Assembly: GCA_963770895.1 (NCBI GenBank)
Contig: CAVYRF010000002.1
Location: 5,472,001 to 5,536,000, forward strand
Source: an uncultured Acidobacteriota bacterium
GTDB lineage: Bacteria; Acidobacteriota; Thermoanaerobaculia; Multivoradales; UBA5704
Direction of reading: 5' to 3'
Length of the DNA: 64,000 bases
The translations under genes and the position numbers were made by a program. The number at the start of each line of letters is the position of its first letter. Position 1 is the first letter of the stretch. The notes below the pieces were generated by a model. It worked only from the letters and a program-made list of their open reading frames with translations. It was not told where the DNA came from and searched no databases. Positions 1 to 9,939 of this stretch are shown here, in pieces.

Positions 1-107
1 GTGGCAAGCAAGCACGACCCGATTCCGCGCAGCCGTGCCGCAAACCGCGCCGCTTTTGAAGGGTCGATCGGGGGGACAGGCACGCGCTGATTAGAAAGGA
101 GACTTGC

Positions 108-545
108 ATGAACCTCAAGAAACGAACTTTGACTTACAGCCTGGCGCTTGCGGCTCTGGCGCTGGGTCTCCTGACCGCCGCACCCGCGCTGGCCGCTTCG
201 GTGTCGCTGGAAGGCATGGTCACCAGCGGTTCCGAACCGCAGTGCGTGGTGGTAAAGGATCACGACGGCAATTCCTTCCTGCTGGAGGGCACCGGCTGGT
301 ACGGCATCGTCGGCAACGACTACGTGCGGCTGGAAGGTTCGATCGTTCCCGAGAACCGCTGCGGCGTCACCAGCGGCATCCAGGTGTCGAGCGTTTCGAC
401 GGTCTGGCGTGACAGCACCCGCAAGGTGATCGTCTACCAGTCGACCGAGGGCAGCTTCGTCGACTGGGTGCGCGCCCATCGCGAACGCGAATGGCGGGAC
501 TGGGAGACGCAGCATCACATCCCGCCGCCTCCTCCGCAGCGCTAG
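108..545 (+). CDS. Secreted hypothetical protein (signal peptide, small beta-rich domain with two Cys)
   Basis: AAGGAG SD before the ATG; basic N-terminus, hydrophobic stretch and ALA-A cleavage-like site; GC3-rich codons. Confidence 0.75.
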   Translation: MNLKKRTLTYSLALAALALGLLTAAPALAASVSLEGMVTSGSEPQCVVVKDHDGNSFLLEGTGWYGIVGNDYVRLEGSIVPENRCGVTSGIQVSSVSTVWRDSTRKVIVYQSTEGSFVDWVRAHREREWRDWETQHHIPPPPPQR

Positions 546-1123
546 GTAGCATTCCAATCAGGTGTTCGCGGGCAGCTCCGCGGCCCGACCGAGCTGGCGC
601 AAGCCGGCCTGGCGACCGCGGAGCTTGCCCGCGTCTGGTGCGCGCCGGCGATCGCTCGATCGCTCATCGATCGCTCATCCGGCGCCGGAGAGCCTGCGTA
701 TATAGTGTGGCGCTCATCCCCTTTTTGGGGGATAGGCGTATAGTGGCAGGCAGATTCACTCCGGGATCGGAGGCTCATGGATCGACCAGCTCCTGCATCA
801 CCAGTCAGTGCGCGCCCGCCCGGCGCCGTCCCCTGGGCGCAGCGCACCTGGGGCCGCAGGTCGTGGGCGATTCCCTGGCCCCGCCCTGGCGAAACAGTCA
901 CAGAGCTTTTCTCTACCTCAGCAGCTCCCGCCGCCTCGCAAGTCTCCACAAGCTCGGTCGTTCCCACCGCCTCAGCCGTTCGCTCCCCCGCCTCACCAGC
1001 TCCCGCATCCGCCCTGCCCTTCAGGCTGCGCTCGCCGGAGGCTTCATCCGGCACGTTTGTCTGCACGATTCTTGCAGACGCTCCATCCAAGGTCGAAACG
1101 CACACACGCGAAGGAGAAAGCAC

Positions 1124-2179
1124 ATGGCGGCAGCACCCACAGGTCCGGTAAAAAAGGAGCCGGATGATGACGTCGTGGTCCATGTTCTCTGGATGAATGC
1201 TGGGTTGAGTTGCGACGGCGACTCGGTGGCGCTCACCGCCGCAACTCAGCCCAGCGTCGAGGACCTGGCGATGAGAGCCCTGCCGGGGCTCCCGAAGGTT
1301 GCGTTCCACTGGCCCCTGGTCGACTACCAGAACGGCGGTGAATTCCTCGACTGGTTCTTCAAGGCCGCCGCCGGGGAGCTGGACCCCTTCGTGCTGGTGG
1401 TGGAAGGGTCGATCCCCAACGAGGCGATCAAGCAGGAAGGCTACTGGTGCGGCTTCGGCAACAACCCCGATACCGGGCAGCCGATGACCACCAGCGAATG
1501 GCTCGACCGGCTGGCGCCCAAGGCGCTGGGCATCCTTTGCGCCGGCACCTGCGCCACCTACGGCGGCATTCACGCCATGGCCGGCAACCCCACCGGCGCC
1601 ATGGGGGTGCCGGACTACCTGGGCTGGAACTGGAAGTCCAAGGCCGGCCTGCCGATCGTCTGCGTGCCCGGCTGCCCGATTCATCCTGACAACCTTGCCG
1701 AGACCATTTTGTATCTCTTGCACCAGGCCGCCGGCCAGGCGCCGATGATTCCGCTCGACGACAAGCTGCGGCCGACCTGGCTGTTCGGCAACACCGTGCA
1801 CGAAGGGTGCGACCGCGCCGGCTACTACGAGCAGGGCGAATTTGCCGATCACTACGGTTCCAAAAAGTGCCTGGTCAAGCTGGGCTGCTGGGGACCGGTC
1901 GTGAAGTGCAACGTCCCCAAGCGCGGCTGGATCAATGGCGTCGGCGGCTGTCCCAACGTGGGCGGCATCTGCATCGCCTGCACCATGCCGGGTTTCCCCG
2001 ACAAGTTCATGCCGTTCATGGACGAACCGCCCGGTGCCAAGATTTCCACCGCGGCCAGCGGCCTCTACGGTTCGATCATCCGCGGTCTGCGCGGAGTTAC
2101 CCAGCGCACGGTGGACCAGGAGCCCAAGTGGCGCCACCGCGGCACGGAGCTGACCACCGGCTACCAGAAGAATTGGTGA
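1124..2179 (+). CDS. hhyS: Group 1h [NiFe]-hydrogenase small subunit
   Basis: AAGGAG SD then ATG at 1124 (track ORF 491 is over-extended); LSCDGDS, GTCATYGGI, VPGCP, VHEGCDR, LGCWGP, GGICIAC Fe-S motifs; no Tat signal; Asp at a proximal-cluster ligand position as in group 1h. Confidence 0.95.
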   Translation: MAAAPTGPVKKEPDDDVVVHVLWMNAGLSCDGDSVALTAATQPSVEDLAMRALPGLPKVAFHWPLVDYQNGGEFLDWFFKAAAGELDPFVLVVEGSIPNEAIKQEGYWCGFGNNPDTGQPMTTSEWLDRLAPKALGILCAGTCATYGGIHAMAGNPTGAMGVPDYLGWNWKSKAGLPIVCVPGCPIHPDNLAETILYLLHQAAGQAPMIPLDDKLRPTWLFGNTVHEGCDRAGYYEQGEFADHYGSKKCLVKLGCWGPVVKCNVPKRGWINGVGGCPNVGGICIACTMPGFPDKFMPFMDEPPGAKISTAASGLYGSIIRGLRGVTQRTVDQEPKWRHRGTELTTGYQKNW

Positions 2180-2288
2180 GCCGATGTGCAGCCGACCCCA
2201 GCGGCCGGAGCGATCCGGCCGTGCCGACCGCGGCCCGGCGCACGGGCTGTGGAACCCGAATATGGACCGGTAAGGAGGTCGTTTACCA

Positions 2289-4061
2289 ATGCCAACGCAG
2301 ACCGGCAATTCCCAGATCGTCGAGATGAACTGGGACCCGATCACCAGGATCGTCGGCAGTCTCGGGATCTACACCAAGATCGACTTCGGCAAGCGCGAAG
2401 TCGTCGAGTGTCATAGCACGTCATCCATCTTCCGCGGCTACAGCATCTTCATGAAGGGCAAGGACCCGCGCGACGCGCACTTCATCACCAGCCGCATCTG
2501 CGGCATCTGCGGCGACAATCACTGCACCTGCTCGTGCTACGCCCAGCAGATGGCCTACGGCGTCAAGCCGCCGGCCCTGGGAGAGTGGATCGTCAACCTC
2601 GGCGAGGCGGCCGAGTACATGTTCGATCACAACATTTTCCAGGAAAACCTGGTGGGCGTCGACTTCTGCGAAAAGATGGTCAAGGAGACTAACCCCGGCG
2701 TGTGGGAAAAGGCGGCCACCACCGAATGTCCGCATGCCTCGGCGCACGGCTACCGCACGATCGGCGACATCATGCGCTCGCTCAACCCCTTCGAGGGCGA
2801 GTTCTACCGCGAAGCGCTGCAGATGAGCCGCATGACGCGCGAAATGTTCTGCCTGATGGAGGGGCGCCACGTCCACCCCTCGACGCTCTACCCCGGCGGC
2901 GTCGGCACCGTCGCCACCATCCAGCTGCTGACCGACTACATGACGCGGCTGATGAAGTACGTGGAATTCATGAAGCGGGTCGTGCCGATGCACGACGACC
3001 TGTTCGACTTCTTCTACCAGGCCCTGCCGGGCTACGAAAAGGTGGGGGACCGCCGCATCCTGCTCGGCTGCTGGGGGAGCTTCCAGGACCCCGACGTGTG
3101 CAATTTCAACTACCGCGACATGACCGACTGGGGCCGCAAGATGTTCGTCACCCCCGGCGTGGTGGTGGACGGCAAGCTGGTCACCAACGACCTGGTCAAG
3201 ATCAACCTGGGCATCCGCATTTTGCTCGGCAGCTCCTATTACGACGACTGGGAAGGCATGGAAACCTTCGTCAAGCAGGACCCGCTGGGCAACCCGGTGG
3301 ATCGCCGCCATCCGTGGAACCAGCACACCGTGCCCAAGCCGCAGAAGCGCGACTTCGGCGGCAAGTACAGCTGGGTCATGTCGCCGCGCTGGTACGACGG
3401 CAAGGACCACCTGGCGCTCGACACCGGCGGCGGCCCGATCGCGCGGCTGTGGGCGACGGCGCTTTCCGGCCTGGTGGACATCGGCTACGTCAAGGCCACG
3501 GGCAGCAGCGTCGTCATCAACCTGCCGCGGACCGCGCTCAAACCCGAAGCGACGTTTGAGTGGAAGATACCGAAATGGAGCAACACCATCGAACGTGACC
3601 GCGCGCGCACGTACTTCCAGGCCTATGCCGCGGGGTGCGCCCTGCACTTCATGGAAAAGGCGCTGGCGGAAGTGCGGGCCGGCCGCACCAAGACCTGGGA
3701 GCCGTTCGAGGTTCCCAAGGACGCCATCGGCTGCGGCTTCACCGAGGCGGTGCGCGGCGTGCTGTCCCATCACGTGGTCATCCGCGACGGCAAGATCGCC
3801 AACTACCATCCCTATCCGCCGACTCCCTGGAACGCCAACCCGCGCGACAGCTACGGCACGCCGGGCCCGTACGAAGACGCGGTCCAGGGCCAGCCGATCT
3901 TCGAGGAAAATCCGCCCGACAAGTTCAAGGGCATCGACGTGATGCGGACGGTGCGCAGCTTCGATCCCTGCCTGCCCTGCGGCGTGCACATGCACCTCGG
4001 CAAGGGCAAGGTGCTGGAGCGCCGCCACTCGCCAATCCTGCCGGTGCACGAGGAGGTGTAG
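2289..4061 (+). CDS. hhyL: Group 1h [NiFe]-hydrogenase large subunit
   Basis: L1 TSRICGICGDNH and L2 SFDPCLPCGVH motifs; WDPITRIVGSLG N-terminus; AAGGAGG SD. Confidence 0.97.
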   Translation: MPTQTGNSQIVEMNWDPITRIVGSLGIYTKIDFGKREVVECHSTSSIFRGYSIFMKGKDPRDAHFITSRICGICGDNHCTCSCYAQQMAYGVKPPALGEWIVNLGEAAEYMFDHNIFQENLVGVDFCEKMVKETNPGVWEKAATTECPHASAHGYRTIGDIMRSLNPFEGEFYREALQMSRMTREMFCLMEGRHVHPSTLYPGGVGTVATIQLLTDYMTRLMKYVEFMKRVVPMHDDLFDFFYQALPGYEKVGDRRILLGCWGSFQDPDVCNFNYRDMTDWGRKMFVTPGVVVDGKLVTNDLVKINLGIRILLGSSYYDDWEGMETFVKQDPLGNPVDRRHPWNQHTVPKPQKRDFGGKYSWVMSPRWYDGKDHLALDTGGGPIARLWATALSGLVDIGYVKATGSSVVINLPRTALKPEATFEWKIPKWSNTIERDRARTYFQAYAAGCALHFMEKALAEVRAGRTKTWEPFEVPKDAIGCGFTEAVRGVLSHHVVIRDGKIANYHPYPPTPWNANPRDSYGTPGPYEDAVQGQPIFEENPPDKFKGIDVMRTVRSFDPCLPCGVHMHLGKGKVLERRHSPILPVHEEV

Positions 4062-4257
4062 CGTCCACGCGACCGGTGGGCAGGGCCGCCGAGTCGTCGC
4101 CGCAGGCTTCTGCACGCCGGCGTCCGCGCTTCCCCGACCGGGAGCGCGGCCGCCGGCGCGATCGCAGGGCGGCGGCGGCGGTGCCACCGGTGTATGGTGG
4201 CGGCATGGGCCGTGAGCGGCGGGCGGCGCAGACCAGAGCTGGCGGAGGGGTGAGGCG

Positions 4258-4998
4258 ATGAGCAACGGTAAGAACCTGCGGGTGGTGGCAGATCGCGTCG
4301 AGGTCCTGATGGGAGAGATCGGCCGCGAAGCCGCCCCCGCGGTGCGCGACAAGTGCGATGAGCTGGTGCGGTCGCTGATGGATCTGTACGGGGCGGGCCT
4401 GGGCCGGCTGCTTGAAATCGTTGCCGGGTCGCCGTCGCCGGTCGCGAACCCCGCGGCCGCGGCGAGCCCTGGGACTGCGGCGAATTCTGCGACTCCTGCG
4501 GACGCCAGGCTTGCCGGGATGCCCGAGGAGCTGATCGAGCGCCTGGCAGACGACGACCTGGTCGCCAGCCTGCTGGTGCTGCACGGATTGCACCCCTGGA
4601 ACCTGGAGCGCCGCATCGATCGGGCGCTCGCGCGGGTGCGGCCCTTCCTGGGCACGCACGCCGGGGACGTCCATCTGCTCGGGGTCCAGGACGGCGTGGT
4701 GCGCCTGCGGCTTGCCGGCAGCTGCAACGGCTGCCCCTCGTCGGCGGTGACCATGGAGCTTTCGATCCGCACCGCCATCCTGGAAGCCGCGCCGGAGGTG
4801 ACGGACATCCAGGTGGAGGGGCTGGCGCCGGAAGCCGCCGCCCACGACGCGGAGGCGGTGGCGTCGCGGCTGGTGCAGATTGAGGGCATCACCGGCCGCG
4901 CCGCCGCGACGCTGGACTGCCCGGTGCCGGGCGCCGCCGTGGTCGGTGGATCGCTGGCGCAGGCAGGCGACCAGGCAGAGGCGCCGGCCCATGGCTGA
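4258..4998 (+). CDS. NifU/NfuA C-terminal-domain Fe-S carrier protein associated with the hydrogenase
   Basis: VRPFLGTHAGDV...LAGSCNGCPSSAVTM NifU-C motif; LLVLHGLHP; directly follows hhyL. Confidence 0.88.
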   Translation: MSNGKNLRVVADRVEVLMGEIGREAAPAVRDKCDELVRSLMDLYGAGLGRLLEIVAGSPSPVANPAAAASPGTAANSATPADARLAGMPEELIERLADDDLVASLLVLHGLHPWNLERRIDRALARVRPFLGTHAGDVHLLGVQDGVVRLRLAGSCNGCPSSAVTMELSIRTAILEAAPEVTDIQVEGLAPEAAAHDAEAVASRLVQIEGITGRAAATLDCPVPGAAVVGGSLAQAGDQAEAPAHG

Positions 4999-5881
4999 CG
5001 GCCCCGCGGAGGATCTGCCGCCGGCGGCGCCGGCCCCGGTTCCGGCTGTCAGCGGCTTCGAGCGGCTGCGGCGCCTGATGCAGCAGCCTGCGCCGGCACG
5101 GCCGGACGGCGCATCGCCGGCGGCTGTCGCCGGCACCTCTGGCGCCGGCAGCGCCGGTGTCGCCGGGACCACCGGCAGCGTTGGGAGCACCGGTGTCGCC
5201 GGGACTGCCGGCGCCGCCTCGCAGGTTCCCGAACGGTGCGACTTCTGCGACGTGCCGATCCCCGAAGAGCACCCGCACGTGGTGGACATGGAGAAGCGCA
5301 GCCTGCTGTGCGCCTGCCGCCCGTGCTACCTGGTGTTCGCTCCCGAGGGCGCCGCCGGCGGCCGCTACCGGGCGGTGCCACAGGTGTGCAAGGCGGCGCC
5401 GGGCCTGGCGCTGACCGACGCGCTGTGGGATGAGCTGCAGATCCCGATCGACATCGCCTTTTTCTTCATCAACTCGGCGGCCGGCCAGACCGTGGCGTTC
5501 TATCCCAGTCCGGGCGGCGCCACCGAGTCGCTGCTGCCGCTGGCCAGCTGGGACCGGCTGGTGGAGGCAAGCCCCGAGCTGCTGGGCGGCCTGAGCCCCG
5601 ACGTCGAGGCGCTGCTGGTCTACCGGCATGCGCCGGGCCGGCACCAGGGGGGAGAGCCCGCCGCGCTGCTGTCGCCCCCGCCGGCCGCCGCGCCGTCCGC
5701 GCCGCCCGGCGAGCCGGCGCCGGTCACGTTCGAGTGCTACATCGTGTCGATCGACGCCTGCTATGAGCTGGTGGGGCGCATCCGGCGCTCCTGGAAGGGT
5801 TTCCACGGCGGCACCGAGGCCTGGCAGGCGATCGGCGAATTCTTTGCCGCCTTGCGCCAGCGCAGCGGGGCAGCGCGGTGA
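4991..5881 (+). CDS. Hydrogenase-cluster conserved protein (DUF5947-like)
   Basis: ERCDFC...CACRPC Cys pairs, AFYPSPGGATES, IDACYELVG..WKGFHGG; overlaps both neighbours. Confidence 0.8.
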   Translation: MADGPAEDLPPAAPAPVPAVSGFERLRRLMQQPAPARPDGASPAAVAGTSGAGSAGVAGTTGSVGSTGVAGTAGAASQVPERCDFCDVPIPEEHPHVVDMEKRSLLCACRPCYLVFAPEGAAGGRYRAVPQVCKAAPGLALTDALWDELQIPIDIAFFFINSAAGQTVAFYPSPGGATESLLPLASWDRLVEASPELLGGLSPDVEALLVYRHAPGRHQGGEPAALLSPPPAAAPSAPPGEPAPVTFECYIVSIDACYELVGRIRRSWKGFHGGTEAWQAIGEFFAALRQRSGAAR

Positions 5882-6630
5882 GCAAACTGTCGTTCTCGGT
5901 CGTCGGCGCGCGCTCCGAACCGTACGCCGCGGTGCCGACGGTGACGTTCAGGCTGCGGGTGGCGGAGTCGACCGGCGAGCGCATCCACGCCATCGCGTTG
6001 CGCTGCCAGGTGCAGATCGAGCCGCGCCGGCGCCTGTACACGCCGGCCGAAAAAGAGCAGCTGCTGGAGCTGTTCGGCGAGCCCGAGCGGTGGGGTGAAA
6101 CGCTGCGCTCGGTTTTGTGGGCGCAGGTGCCGCTGATGGTCCCCGGCTTCGAAGGCAGCGTTGAAGTCGACCTGCCGATGACCTGCACCTACGATTTCGA
6201 AGTGACGGCGGCCAAGTATTTTGCCGCGCTCGCGGGGGGCGAGATCCCGCTGCTGCTGCTGTTCAGCGGCACGGTGTTCCTCAAGGGGCAGCAGGCCTGG
6301 AGCGTCGAGCAGGTGTCGTGGGAGCTGGAGGCTCCCTTCCGGTTGCCGGTCAGCATCTGGCGCGAGACGATGGACCGCTACTTCCCCGGCAGCGCCTGGC
6401 TGCGGCTGCGGCGGGAATCCTACGACGCGCTGGTGCGCTTCAAGGCCCGCCGCGCCCTGCCCACCTGGGAGGAAACCGTCGCCGTGCTGCTCGCCGCGGC
6501 GGGCGCCGACGGTGGCCATGGCACCGATACCGCCGATGCGACCGACGCGACCGGCGCCGCCGATGCAGGCGACGCCGGCGAGCGTGCCGCCGACCGCGGC
6601 GACGACGCGGAAGGGGGCCTGCCGTCATGA
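5878..6630 (+). CDS. Hydrogenase-cluster conserved protein (DUF6084-like)
   Basis: ALRCQVQIEP, ELFGEPERWG, CTYDFEV, PLLLLFSGTVF; GTGA overlap with upstream gene. Confidence 0.8.
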   Translation: MSKLSFSVVGARSEPYAAVPTVTFRLRVAESTGERIHAIALRCQVQIEPRRRLYTPAEKEQLLELFGEPERWGETLRSVLWAQVPLMVPGFEGSVEVDLPMTCTYDFEVTAAKYFAALAGGEIPLLLLFSGTVFLKGQQAWSVEQVSWELEAPFRLPVSIWRETMDRYFPGSAWLRLRRESYDALVRFKARRALPTWEETVAVLLAAAGADGGHGTDTADATDATGAADAGDAGERAADRGDDAEGGLPS

Positions 6631-8180
6631 GCTTCGAGCTGGCCCGCCGGGTGGCCGACGCCGTGCTGTACGAGGGCTACGTCCTCTATCCCTATCGCGC
6701 CTCGGCGGCGAAGAACCGGGTGCGCTGGCAGTTCGGCGTCGTGGCGCCCAGGGATTGCGGCGACGCCAGCGGCGGCGATCCTGTTTTCCAGCAGACGGAG
6801 GTGCTGGTGGCACCGCCGGCGCCGCACCCCGCGGGCAGCGGCGGCCCCGGTCCCGCCACCGAACCCTCGCTCTCCTCCAATATCGAGATCGACCTGCGGG
6901 TGCGCTTCCTCCAGGTGCAGGTCCGCACCATTCAGGTGCTGGCTGCAGACACGGGCGAGTACCAGCCGGTCGAACGCCTGGAGGTGAACGGCCAGACGCT
7001 GATCACCTGGGAAGAGGCCTTCGAGCAGGAGGTGGACTGGCCGGGCCTGCGCCTGGACGACCTGCTGGCGGAGCCGCGCCAGCTGGCGTTCCAGGTCGCC
7101 GGCGGCATCGACGTCGAGCCGGTGGCGACCGACGACCAGGCGGCGCCGGTGCGGGTGGTGCGGCAACGCTGGCCGCTGGCGGGGGTGGTGCGCGCCGCGG
7201 CGTTCCGCGCTGACGACGGTGGGGCCGGCGACGGTACCGGCGCAGGCGGCCTGGTGCGGCTGCAGGTGCGGCTGGAGAATCACACCCCCTGGGACCTGCC
7301 CGCCGGCGCCGGCCGCGACCAGACGACGCGCCGCTCGCTGATCGGCGCTCACACCCTGCTGGCGGTGCGGGGCGGGGAGTTTGCGTCCGCCACCGATCCG
7401 CCGGCCGCGGCGGCCGCGCTGCCGTGTGCCAACCTGCACACCTGGCCGGTGCTGATCGGCGAAGGGCGCCGCGACCTGATGCTGTCGTCGCCGATCATCC
7501 TGAGCGACTACCCCGAGGTGGCGCCGGAGAGCCCCGGCGACCTCTATGACTCGACCGAGATCGACGAGATCCTGACCCTGCGCGTGATGACCCTGACCGA
7601 TGCCGAAAAGCAGGAAGCGCGGGCGACGGACGCGCGTTCCCGCGCGGTGATCGAGCGCTCCGACGCGATCCCGTCGGAGATCTTCGAGCGGCTGCACGGA
7701 GCCATCCGCTACCTGGGCGGCAACCCGCAGGCCGCGCCGCCGGCGGCGCCGGCGACGGGCAGCGCCCCCGCGACGGCACCGGCCGCGGCGCCCGCGGTCG
7801 CGGCGCCGGCGCCGCAGGGGCGGGGTGCGGCTCCCTCGCCGGCGATCGCCGACGCGCTCGCGACCTGGCTGGCCGAAGAGGGCGGCGGCGAAGATGCCGC
7901 GGTCGCCACGGTCGAGGTCGGCGGCGTGCAGATCGGCAAGGGCGCGTCCGTGGTGCTGCGGCCGCGCCGGCGCGCCGACGCCATGGACATGTTCATGGAG
8001 GGCCGCAGCGCGCGCGTCGAGGGCGTGTTCCGCGACGTGGACGGCGCGACGTACGTGGCGGTGACGTTGGAGGACGACCCTGCCGGCGAGCTGCACAGCT
8101 GGTACGGGCGCTATTTCTACTTCTACCCGGAGGAGATCGAACCCGTTCCGTCCAGCGCCGGGAGCCGGCTGGAACGGTAG
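6627..8180 (+). CDS. Hydrogenase-cluster conserved hypothetical protein
   Basis: ATGA overlap; ADAVLYEGYVLYPYRASAAKN, SPIILSDYPEVAPESPGDLYDSTEIDEIL, GRYFYFYPEEIEP resemble the conserved gene in 1h clusters. Confidence 0.8.
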   Translation: MSFELARRVADAVLYEGYVLYPYRASAAKNRVRWQFGVVAPRDCGDASGGDPVFQQTEVLVAPPAPHPAGSGGPGPATEPSLSSNIEIDLRVRFLQVQVRTIQVLAADTGEYQPVERLEVNGQTLITWEEAFEQEVDWPGLRLDDLLAEPRQLAFQVAGGIDVEPVATDDQAAPVRVVRQRWPLAGVVRAAAFRADDGGAGDGTGAGGLVRLQVRLENHTPWDLPAGAGRDQTTRRSLIGAHTLLAVRGGEFASATDPPAAAAALPCANLHTWPVLIGEGRRDLMLSSPIILSDYPEVAPESPGDLYDSTEIDEILTLRVMTLTDAEKQEARATDARSRAVIERSDAIPSEIFERLHGAIRYLGGNPQAAPPAAPATGSAPATAPAAAPAVAAPAPQGRGAAPSPAIADALATWLAEEGGGEDAAVATVEVGGVQIGKGASVVLRPRRRADAMDMFMEGRSARVEGVFRDVDGATYVAVTLEDDPAGELHSWYGRYFYFYPEEIEPVPSSAGSRLER

Positions 8181-8198
8181 CAGGAAAGGAGTGTTCAC

Positions 8199-8300
8199 AT
8201 GGGGCGCATACTTGGGATTCTGGCAACGGTGTTGGTGGCGCTGCTGGTCGTCGCCGCGTTGCCGGATATTGCCCGCTACGTCAAGATCAAGGCGATGTGA
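8199..8300 (+). CDS. 33-aa membrane micro-protein MGRILGILATVLVALLVVAALPDIARYVKIKAM (DUF6893-like)
   Basis: Read from the sequence; AAGGAG SD; stop overlaps the next GTG; paralog at 8875. Confidence 0.8.
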   Translation: MGRILGILATVLVALLVVAALPDIARYVKIKAM

Positions 8301-8842
8301 CAGCCTTGCCGGAATCGATGGAAGCAACGTCCGCATCGCGGCCCGCCGCCGGCGGCGTCCTGATCGCCGGAGTCGGCAACATCTTCCTGGGCGACGACGG
8401 CTTCGGGGTGGAGGTGGCGCAGCGGCTGGTGCGGCAGCAGCTGCCGGCGGGCGTGCAGGTGGCGGATTTCGGCATCCGCGCCCTGCACCTTGCCTACGAG
8501 CTGCTCGACGGCGGCTACGGCACGACGATCCTGGTGGACGCCACCTCGCGCGGCGAGGCGCCGGGGACGGTCTACCTGATCGAACCGGACCTGTCCGACC
8601 TGAACGCCGGGGCGACGGACCCCGAGGGGCTCACCAACGCGCACGGCGTGACGCCGGACTCGGTGTTCCGGCTGCTCGCCTCGCTGGGCGGCAAGCCGGG
8701 GCGCGTGCTGATCGTCGGCTGCGAGCCGGACTCGATCGAAGAGCGGATGGGGCTGAGCGAAACGGTCGACAAGGCGGTGGATGAAGCGGTGGCACTGATC
8801 CTGGACCTGCTGCAAAGGGACGGCGCCGCCTTGACCGGTTAG
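8297..8842 (+). CDS. hupD: Hydrogenase maturation endopeptidase (HupD/HyaD family)
   Basis: LIAGVGNIFLGDDGFGVEV, ILVDA, NAH, IVGCEP; start may be ATG 8318. Confidence 0.92.
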   Translation: MTALPESMEATSASRPAAGGVLIAGVGNIFLGDDGFGVEVAQRLVRQQLPAGVQVADFGIRALHLAYELLDGGYGTTILVDATSRGEAPGTVYLIEPDLSDLNAGATDPEGLTNAHGVTPDSVFRLLASLGGKPGRVLIVGCEPDSIEERMGLSETVDKAVDEAVALILDLLQRDGAALTG

Positions 8843-8874
8843 CAACACCGTACGACACACAAGGAGGATTGCTC

Positions 8875-8982
8875 ATGGACTGGTGGCAATGGGTGCTGAT
8901 CGTGATCGGTCTCGGCGTGGTCTTGGTCGTGGTGATGAGCAGCGGCGACATCGCGCGCTACATCAAGATCAAGAACATGTAA
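8875..8982 (+). CDS. 35-aa membrane micro-protein MDWWQWVLIVIGLGVVLVVVMSSGDIARYIKIKNM (DUF6893-like)
   Basis: AAGGAGG SD; one TM helix plus DIARYxKIKxM tail shared with 8199..8300. Confidence 0.8.
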   Translation: MDWWQWVLIVIGLGVVLVVVMSSGDIARYIKIKNM

Positions 8983-9004
8983 TGCGGACCCCGACAGACG
9001 CGCG

Positions 9005-9877
9005 ATGAATTCGATCCTGATCCTGGGGTTTCTGATCGGCATGCGCCATGCCTTGGAGGCCGACCACCTGGCGGCGGTGGCCTCGATGGCCAGCGGTCAG
9101 ACCAGTCTGCGCTGGGCCGCTTTCCGCGGCGCGGTCTGGGGCATGGGCCACACCCTGACGCTGCTGCTGGTGGGCGGCGCCTGCCTGGTGCTGCGCGCCG
9201 CGGTGCCGCCGCGCCTCGCCCACCTGGCGGAAGCGGCGGTAGGGGTCATGCTGCTGGTTCTGGGCGCACAGGTGTTCTGGCGCATGCGGCGGCAGCGGGT
9301 GCACCTGCACGTCCACCGTCACCACGACGGCACGGTGCACCTGCACGCCCACAGCCACGCCCCTGACGTCGCGCACCCGGAGGAAGGCGATCACGCGCCG
9401 GCGGCGACCCTGGCGCAGCAGCCGCTGCTGGCTCCGTTGCCGACGAGTGTCGTGGCGGATGCGCCCGCCGCACCGCCGGCGCACGTGCATGTTCATGCCC
9501 ATGCCCATGCCCACGGCGAACCGCACCGGCCGCATTCGGCGGTGCCGCACGTCCATGCGCATCCGGCGGGTTTTCCGCGCCGCGCCCTGCTGGTGGGGAC
9601 GGTGCACGGCCTGGCGGGGTCGGGCGCCCTGCTGCTGCTGACCCTGCAAACGGTGGGTTCGGTGTGGTTGGGGATCGGCTATATCCTGGTGTTCGGCGCC
9701 GGATCGATCCTGGGCATGGCCGCGTTGTCGACGGTGATGAGCGTGCCGCTGCGCGCCTCGGCGCGCTTCCTGACCGGCGCCTATGGTCTGCTGGAGGTGG
9801 TCATCGGCGCCACCACGATGGCGCTCGGCGCCTGGATCCTGTATCAGAACCTGTGGGGGGCCGGCACCGCCGGATGA
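9005..9877 (+). CDS. Nickel/cobalt transporter (UreH/NiCoT-like) with His-rich loop
   Basis: MRHALEADHLAAV, WGMGH, VHGLAGSG motifs; HxH repeats; multiple TM helices. Confidence 0.85.
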   Translation: MNSILILGFLIGMRHALEADHLAAVASMASGQTSLRWAAFRGAVWGMGHTLTLLLVGGACLVLRAAVPPRLAHLAEAAVGVMLLVLGAQVFWRMRRQRVHLHVHRHHDGTVHLHAHSHAPDVAHPEEGDHAPAATLAQQPLLAPLPTSVVADAPAAPPAHVHVHAHAHAHGEPHRPHSAVPHVHAHPAGFPRRALLVGTVHGLAGSGALLLLTLQTVGSVWLGIGYILVFGAGSILGMAALSTVMSVPLRASARFLTGAYGLLEVVIGATTMALGAWILYQNLWGAGTAG

Positions 9878-9939
9878 TGCCACTTCGCAGGGCCTCGCAA
9901 ACCCGCGGCCTGCGACAGAACGCAAGAAGGGAATCGACC

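Noticed and set aside
1049-1080. Sigma-54 promoter for hhyS as a firm feature
   Set aside because: Best match has TG-N10-GC and the alternative has GG-N11-GC; neither fits GG-N10-GC, so it is mentioned only within a finding
491-1123. N-terminal 211 aa of the 562-aa track ORF
   Set aside because: Overlaps the upstream gene and is non-protein-like; SD and hydrogenase homology begin at 1124
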